The notes under the pieces were generated by a model that had not been told where the DNA came from, searched no databases, and saw only the letters and a program-made list of their open reading frames with translations. From positions 1 to 39,590 of the IMG/VR virus record IMGVR_UViG_3300034116_000385: a DNA stretch of 39,590 bases. One strand, written 5' to 3'. Position numbers and translations under genes: made by a program. Position 1 is the stretch's first letter. Each line of letters begins with the position of its first letter. Origin of the DNA: a virus (taxonomy: Duplodnaviria; Caudoviricetes). Positions 34,079 through 39,590 of this stretch are shown here, piece after piece.

Positions 34079-34918
34079 ATGGCAAACGAAAGAGGAAAAG
34101 CAATCGATAAGACATTCCTGTCCGTCGATAACGCTGAGGAACGCGGGTTCTTGCACCGTGATTACATCGCCCATTGTCTTCGCTGGACGCACGTCGTCAA
34201 GTGGCTGCATCAAGGCGGTCGTTACAAAACGGCTCGGATTTTAGACGTAGGTTGCGGTAAGGAGATGCCACTGGCAAAGCTCATGCACTCGTCTCGTCTA
34301 GGTCCTCAGTTCTACGCAGCTGCAGACGTCAGCAAATTGTCAATGCCTGATCAGTTCGCCAAGTCAACTTGGAAACCCAGTCAGTTGCTCAGCGAGTGTG
34401 ATGCAGCCGTTTTGAAGCCAGAGCAAATAGAGCAGACGCCAAATACGATCGTCTGTTTCGAAGTTGCCGAACACATCGAGCCAGAGCATTGCCGTCGCTT
34501 GTTGACGAACTTTGGCGCTTTGCTAGAAGACGACGGAGTCCTGTTCATCTCGACCCCTTGCTGGGATCCTGATGTAGGAGCCGCTGCGAACCACGTCAAC
34601 GAGATGACTTACCTTGCCTTTGGTGCTCTTCTTGAAGACATCGGCTGGCGCGTCGAAGGTCACTGGGGCACGTTCGCCTCGATGCGTGATTACAAAGACG
34701 AGTTGCCACCAGCACACAAGGAGGTGTTTGATGCAATGCGAGACTACTACGACAGCAACTACTTGGCGACCATCTTCGCTCCGCTCTATCCTTCACGCAG
34801 CCGCAATTGCTTGTGGCAGCTTAAGTGGAAACCAGGCGGCAGCAGACAATTCCCTGATCTACGTGATGTCGAAGGACGTTGGGGCAGTTCAGAGAAGTGG
34901 CGCGAGCTTCTTGCTTAG
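34079..34918 (+). CDS. Class I SAM-dependent methyltransferase (small-molecule type)
   Basis: RILDVGCG motif I, IVCFEVAEHI, DGVLFISTP, NHVNE; no DNA-methyltransferase catalytic motif seen. Confidence 0.85.
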   Translation: MANERGKAIDKTFLSVDNAEERGFLHRDYIAHCLRWTHVVKWLHQGGRYKTARILDVGCGKEMPLAKLMHSSRLGPQFYAAADVSKLSMPDQFAKSTWKPSQLLSECDAAVLKPEQIEQTPNTIVCFEVAEHIEPEHCRRLLTNFGALLEDDGVLFISTPCWDPDVGAAANHVNEMTYLAFGALLEDIGWRVEGHWGTFASMRDYKDELPPAHKEVFDAMRDYYDSNYLATIFAPLYPSRSRNCLWQLKWKPGGSRQFPDLRDVEGRWGSSEKWRELLA

Positions 34919-34983
34919 TATTCTGGTGGTGATGATCCTAGTGGTCATCACCATTTTTTGGCTAGAAATTAGAAAGGAAAAAC

Positions 34984-35346
34984 ATGTGGAACGACATAAA
35001 AGCATTTCACGAAAAATTTGGTCTGCAATACGAGGGCGAACCCAGAGATCTTCCAAAAGATCTGGCGAGCTTTAGGATTGGCTTCATCTTTGAGGAACTC
35101 GATGAACTCATCATTGCTGAAAATAAAACCGATCAGCTCGACGCGTTGGTGGACCTCTGCTACGTGGTCATGGGCACTGCTTATCTACAAGGCTTCGACT
35201 TCCAAGCCGCGTGGGACCGTGTCCATGCTGCAAACATGGCGAAGGTCCGTGGTCCGTCAGCGCGCAGTCAAGCTTTCGATGTCATCAAGCCCGAGGGCTG
35301 GACTGCTCCAGATCTATCGGACCTAGCAGGAGAAAGCAATGGCTGA
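34984..35346 (+). CDS. MazG-like all-alpha NTP pyrophosphatase (DR2231-like)
   Basis: FHEKF, EELDEL, DALVDLCYV, VHAANMAK and KPEGWTAPD motifs. Confidence 0.85.
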   Translation: MWNDIKAFHEKFGLQYEGEPRDLPKDLASFRIGFIFEELDELIIAENKTDQLDALVDLCYVVMGTAYLQGFDFQAAWDRVHAANMAKVRGPSARSQAFDVIKPEGWTAPDLSDLAGESNG

Positions 35347-35506
35347 CTACGTTAAGTTTGTAGCTGATAGCCAAAAAGACGCCGAAGAAAAGGCTGCTCA
35401 GTACGTCAAGGGTGAAGATCCTATGAGGTCTCCATCAATCTACACGTCTCAGCCCACTGAAAACGGCAAGTGGTTAGTTGTCGTTAAAGTGTGGGGACTT
35501 GACTGA
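35339..35506 (+). CDS. 55-aa hypothetical protein (not in ORF track)
   Basis: AGGAG RBS; MADYVKFVADSQKDAEEKAAQYVKGEDPMRSPSIYTSQPTENGKWLVVVKVWGLD; overlaps both neighbouring genes. Confidence 0.7.
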   Translation: MADYVKFVADSQKDAEEKAAQYVKGEDPMRSPSIYTSQPTENGKWLVVVKVWGLD

Positions 35507-36507
35507 TGATCTTTATTCTTGAAGGACCTGATGGTGTAGGTAAGACTACACTTGCTCAACACATGGCCAAGAAGCTCGGTGCAGTCTATTTGCATCTGAG
35601 TTATCGCTGGCCTGATCACATGTTTGAGTATCACACAGCCGCCATTCGTTGGGCCATTCGCAAAAGCCGCAAGCAACCTGTCATCATTGATAGGTGGTGG
35701 CCAAGTGAAGCCTTGTATGCTGCTGAATATCGTGGTGGTAGTAAGTGGGCGCAGATGGGCCGCATGATGGATCGTGTTGCTCGCAAGCATGGTGCAGTCT
35801 ACATCTACTGTTTGCCTGAAGACCTTGTCGAGTACGAAAAACGCTTTGACAAGCTAAAGACAGAACGAGAAGAGATGTACGACAACGTGCTTGGTGTTGC
35901 TAAGCGTTACATCCACTTGTGGCATGGTGACAAGTCTCACATACCAAACGAGAACTACACTGACTTGCTGCTAAGGACAGGTGGTGTAAAGAATCGAGAA
36001 GACCACGTCAAGTACTCCATTGAAAAGTGGGGAGACAAGCTTGATCTGTTCACAGACTACGTTGCAAATCGCGCAAGTCATTTGCTGTCTACGCAATTGC
36101 CTGACAGCATTGAGGAACCTAATTTCCTTGGTCACATACAGCAAGCGCAGTACCTTATGGTTGGTGAACGCGTCAATCCTAAGTACAACAACTTGTTTTG
36201 GCCTTGGTATGACTATGGTCACTCAAGTCTTTTCTTGGCTCAAGCGCTGCATCAAGTACCTGCACGTGAAGAACTATTTGTGTGGGCGAACTCAATCAAC
36301 TTTGATGGCACAAAGAACACGATGATTGAGAAAGCCTATGAGTTTAAACCAACGTTGAAAGTCGTAGCCCTTGGTAAGACTGCTTTGACGCACGTTACTA
36401 AGGCAGGCATTCCATTGCATGAGCATGTGAAGCATCCTGCTTTCGTAAAACGCTTTGAAGGTGACGTTGACTATCTAAGAGGAGTATTTAGACATGCCAT
36501 CCACTAA
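35506..36507 (+). CDS. dNMP (thymidylate-like) kinase fused to a uracil-DNA-glycosylase-like domain
   Basis: N-terminal IFILEGPDGVGKTT and IIDRWWPSE; C-terminal LMVGE, SSLFLAQAL, VVALGKTA and KHPA. Confidence 0.75.
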   Translation: MIFILEGPDGVGKTTLAQHMAKKLGAVYLHLSYRWPDHMFEYHTAAIRWAIRKSRKQPVIIDRWWPSEALYAAEYRGGSKWAQMGRMMDRVARKHGAVYIYCLPEDLVEYEKRFDKLKTEREEMYDNVLGVAKRYIHLWHGDKSHIPNENYTDLLLRTGGVKNREDHVKYSIEKWGDKLDLFTDYVANRASHLLSTQLPDSIEEPNFLGHIQQAQYLMVGERVNPKYNNLFWPWYDYGHSSLFLAQALHQVPAREELFVWANSINFDGTKNTMIEKAYEFKPTLKVVALGKTALTHVTKAGIPLHEHVKHPAFVKRFEGDVDYLRGVFRHAIH

Positions 36508-37243
36508 CAAAGAATGGTTGAAGACCATTGAACAGTGCATGCGTTGGGGCAACGTGGTTGCTCCTCGCGGTAAGAAGATCAAGGAACTGCTTGGTTATCA
36601 GACGATGATAAGCATGGAGTTTCCTGTGTTGACTGTTGAGGAGCGCAAGCTTGGCTACAAGTTCATGGCAGCTGAGGCTGCGTGGATCTTGAGTGGCGAC
36701 AATCGCGTCAGAACAATTGCACCTTACAGCAAGGCCATCAGCAACTTCAGTGATGACGGCTATTTTTACCACGGTGCTTACGGGCCCATGATTCGCGATC
36801 AATTGCATTTTGTGATTGATGCCTTGAACAGTGATCCTGATACAAGGCAAGCGGTCTTGACCATTTGGCGTCCAAACCCAAGGCCTAGTAAGGACATTCC
36901 TTGCACAGTGTCGATTCAGTTCTTGATTCGTGACGGGCACTTGCATGTAGTAGATACCATGCGCAGTTCAGACTTGTGGCTTGGTTGGCCGTATGACGTG
37001 TTCAACTTCAGTATGCTAGCTCGCTACGTGATCTGCCACTTGAAGCAGAAACCAGAGCTTGGCAACTTGATCTTGCAAGCAGGCAGCATGCACTTGTATG
37101 AAGAGCAATGGTCAGCAGCAGAAGATCTATTGGGCAAAGCCACTGAGGGTCCGGCAGTTATCTTGCCGTGGTTTGAGGATGGCGATGATTTGATTGACTG
37201 GTTATGGGAGCAAGCAGATGGCAACGGTATTCAAGAGACCTGA
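36494..37243 (+). CDS. Thymidylate synthase superfamily enzyme, probably a dCMP (hydroxy)methyltransferase
   Basis: GAYG, DPDTRQA, DIPCT (catalytic Cys), MRSSD, GWPYD and SMHLY motifs. Confidence 0.85.
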   Translation: MPSTNKEWLKTIEQCMRWGNVVAPRGKKIKELLGYQTMISMEFPVLTVEERKLGYKFMAAEAAWILSGDNRVRTIAPYSKAISNFSDDGYFYHGAYGPMIRDQLHFVIDALNSDPDTRQAVLTIWRPNPRPSKDIPCTVSIQFLIRDGHLHVVDTMRSSDLWLGWPYDVFNFSMLARYVICHLKQKPELGNLILQAGSMHLYEEQWSAAEDLLGKATEGPAVILPWFEDGDDLIDWLWEQADGNGIQET

Positions 37244-37826
37244 TCAAGATGCGTACTTTCTGGCTATGGCAACTCTCGTCTCGCTGCGCGCAACGTGTCG
37301 TAGACGCCGCGTTGGTTGTGTACTTGTGGACAGTAATCGCCATGTGCTCGCTACTGGCTACAACGGCGTTGCTCGTGGGCGCGATCATTGTCTTGATCAC
37401 CCATGTGCTGGTGCCGACTTTAAACCTGGCTTGGGGCTGGATCAGTGCGAAGCTATTCATGCAGAGCAAAACGCCATGCTCCAGTGCAAGGACACGCAAG
37501 CCATCGAGACCGCGTACATTACGGTAAGTCCATGCATTACGTGCGTGAAACTATTGATGAACACAGGCTGCAAACGAATTGTTTTCATAGAACCCTATGC
37601 ACACAGTCAAGCAGCACAGCTTTGGAAAGGCGAATGGAAACACTATGGAACAGTTGAGCATGTTTATGCCGAACTCAGGTTGGCGGCCGCCAAAGGAGTT
37701 CCCGAATTTGACGAGCGCCAAGAGGATCTCTTTGGACTGCGAAACGAGGGATCCTCACTTGATGGAGAGAGGTCCAGGCGGAGTGAGGTACGACGGGAAC
37801 GTAGTCGGGGTGAGTCTTGCGACTGA
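37218..37826 (+). CDS. dCMP deaminase family protein
   Basis: RATCRRRRVGCV, TGYNG, HAEQNA, SPCITC; GGGAG RBS before the ATG at 37218. Confidence 0.9.
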   Translation: MATVFKRPDQDAYFLAMATLVSLRATCRRRRVGCVLVDSNRHVLATGYNGVARGRDHCLDHPCAGADFKPGLGLDQCEAIHAEQNAMLQCKDTQAIETAYITVSPCITCVKLLMNTGCKRIVFIEPYAHSQAAQLWKGEWKHYGTVEHVYAELRLAAAKGVPEFDERQEDLFGLRNEGSSLDGERSRRSEVRRERSRGESCD

Positions 37827-39519
37827 AGACGCTGCTTGGTACTTTCCTTTTGCGCATGGAGGTGGAGATAACCTTGATAAGAATCAAGTGCTCCATTTTT
37901 TGGAAGATGTATTGGCACAACCGACGGAGAAAATAGGTGCGAACCTCATATACGACCTTGAGTGGCTGCGTGCAGAAGGCATTCAAGTCAATGGCCCCAT
38001 ACGCGACATCCAAATCGCGGAGCCGCTTATTGACGAGAACCAGTCCAGCTACAGCCTCTCGGCGCTTGCTAAGAAGTACCTTGGCGAAGACAAAGATGAA
38101 ACCCTACTCAGGCAAGCAGCTGTATCTGCTGGAGTCGACCCAAAAGGTGGACTTTGGAAACTTGCAGCCAGGTACGTTGGTCCCTATGCCGAAGCAGATG
38201 CTGCACTCCCTCTCAAGATTTACGACTTACAGAAAGAGATCCTAATCAAGGAAGACTTGTGGGACATCTTTACTCTTGAGTCTGATCTTGTCAACATCAT
38301 GCTTGACATGCGGTTTAAAGGCGTCCGCGTTGACGTCGATAAAGCTGAACAACTAAACGACCAAGGTTTAAAAGATGAAGCCGCGTTACTCGGCGAATTG
38401 AGAGACCTCGTTGGTTACGTGATCGACCCATGGTCAGGAGATGATCTAGGCAGAGCCTTCAAGAAGTTAAACATCTGGTACCCAGAGACTGCTAAGGGCA
38501 ATGCATCATTCACTGGCGATTGGTTGGCTAATCATGAGCTACCAATACCAAGGAAGATTGCTGAGTATCGTAAGCTAAACAAGATGCGTCGTGATTTTAT
38601 TGAGGGCATGGTCCTCAAGATGGAACACAGTGGTCGTATCCATTGTCAGTTTCACGCGTTGCGTAAAGATGAATCAGGTACAAGGTCAGGCAGGTTCAGT
38701 AGCTCTATGCCTAACTTGCAGCAAGTACCTGCTCGTGACGAGCATTGGGGTCCCTTGATTCGTGGTTTGTTCTTGCCAGATGAAGGCATGCATTGGGCTA
38801 GCTGTGATTACAGCCAGCAAGAACCTCGTATCCTTGTCCACTACGCAGACATCCTTGGTTTGAAAGGCAGCGAAGAAGCAGTGAGAACTTATTCTGAATC
38901 TGCTGATACTGACTTCCACCAAATGGTTGCTGACATGGCTGGCATCAAGCGTAAGCAAGCCAAGACCGTGAACCTTGGTATGTTCTACGGCATGGGCATT
39001 TACAAGCTCAGTCAAGAACTTGGTCTCAGTCAAGATGAAGCCAGACCTTTGTTTGAGCAGTACCACGATCGTGTGCCGTTTGTCAGGCAACTCAGTCAGC
39101 GCTGCACTCAGTCAGCTACTCAGAAAGGTTTCATTAAAACCTTGCTTGGTCGCAAGCGGCACTTCGATCTTTGGGAACCTGCAGATAGCCAGAACACTTG
39201 GCCTAACCGTGAGAACCCGTTGAACATGGAGCAAGCAAAGAAAGTCTGGGCAGACAGACCTTTACGCAGGTCAATGACTCACAAGGCACTGAACGCTTTG
39301 ATTCAAGGCGGAGCTGCTGACATGACAAAGAAAGCGATGGTTGACTTGTACAAGGCAGGCGAAATTGCGCACATTCAAGTGCACGATGAACTTTGCTTTA
39401 GTGTAAAAGATCGGGCTCATGGCGAACGCATCAAAGAAATTATGGAGCATTGTGTTAAAATAGCAGTTCCAATCAAGGTCGATTTAGAGATGGGACCTAC
39501 TTGGGGCGACAGCAAATAA
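37645..39519 (+). CDS. polA: Family A DNA polymerase with 3'-5' exonuclease domain
   Basis: Exo LDCET / NLIYD / YAEADA; SGRFSSSMPNLQQVP; motif A DYSQQEPR, motif B KQAKTVNLGMFYG, motif C VHDEL. ATG at 37645 is the probable start. Confidence 0.95.
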   Translation: MEQLSMFMPNSGWRPPKEFPNLTSAKRISLDCETRDPHLMERGPGGVRYDGNVVGVSLATEDAAWYFPFAHGGGDNLDKNQVLHFLEDVLAQPTEKIGANLIYDLEWLRAEGIQVNGPIRDIQIAEPLIDENQSSYSLSALAKKYLGEDKDETLLRQAAVSAGVDPKGGLWKLAARYVGPYAEADAALPLKIYDLQKEILIKEDLWDIFTLESDLVNIMLDMRFKGVRVDVDKAEQLNDQGLKDEAALLGELRDLVGYVIDPWSGDDLGRAFKKLNIWYPETAKGNASFTGDWLANHELPIPRKIAEYRKLNKMRRDFIEGMVLKMEHSGRIHCQFHALRKDESGTRSGRFSSSMPNLQQVPARDEHWGPLIRGLFLPDEGMHWASCDYSQQEPRILVHYADILGLKGSEEAVRTYSESADTDFHQMVADMAGIKRKQAKTVNLGMFYGMGIYKLSQELGLSQDEARPLFEQYHDRVPFVRQLSQRCTQSATQKGFIKTLLGRKRHFDLWEPADSQNTWPNRENPLNMEQAKKVWADRPLRRSMTHKALNALIQGGAADMTKKAMVDLYKAGEIAHIQVHDELCFSVKDRAHGERIKEIMEHCVKIAVPIKVDLEMGPTWGDSK

Positions 39520-39529
39520 AGGAGAACTT

Positions 39530-39590
39530 ATGTGGATATTTACTAAAGCAGGACTACTTAGTGTGGTGCAAAACAAGGCAGACAAGAACA
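39530..39590 (+). CDS. 5' part of a hypothetical phage protein (MWIFTKAGLLSVV..., runs off the window)
   Basis: AAAGGAG RBS and ATG at 39530; frame open to the window end. Confidence 0.7.
   Translation, partial: MWIFTKAGLLSVVQNKADKN

Noticed and set aside
34079-34918. Orphan DNA adenine or cytosine methyltransferase
   Set aside because: Lacks DPPY/NPPY/SPPY and the C5 PC/ENV motif order.
37597-37644. Polymerase start at 37597 as in the ORF track
   Set aside because: It lies inside the conserved deaminase core with no RBS; the ATG at 37645 fits better, though the exact start is unproven.
832-39223. The many 60-165 aa antisense or alternate-frame ORFs nested in long genes
   Set aside because: Shadow ORFs of well-supported genes, with no RBS or motif support.

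Overview
Near-complete genome of a ~40 kb podovirus-type dsDNA phage. It has a T7-like portal, tail and ejection-protein layout but no RNA polymerase, integrase or repressor gene that I can recognise. Plus strand 1-6592 carries the replication genes: PD-(D/E)xK nuclease, probable SSB, AEP-type primase, UvrD-like and SNF2-like helicases. Minus strand 6573-30133 carries lysis, tail, ejection, head and packaging genes. A non-coding control region lies at about 30134-30800, followed on the plus strand by small early genes, a DUF932 gene, a nucleotide-metabolism cluster and a family A DNA polymerase. The two window ends look like the two ends of one gene, suggesting a circularly permuted assembly with a small gap. 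Main points of interest: (1) a cluster directly upstream of the polymerase (SAM methyltransferase, MazG-like NTP pyrophosphatase, dNMP kinase fused to a UDG-like domain, thymidylate-synthase homolog with the cytosine-type Asp, dCMP deaminase) that looks like a pre-replicative pyrimidine modification pathway; (2) a 1165-aa ejection-type virion protein carrying a HipA/PI3K-like kinase domain and an R-S-ExE ADP-ribosyltransferase domain; (3) two paralogous GNATs, each placed directly before a small virion-type gene; (4) a bipartite inverted repeat next to GTGTAC-type promoters, and a structured capsid mRNA leader. All calls come from reading motifs and gene order by eye; no database searches were run.
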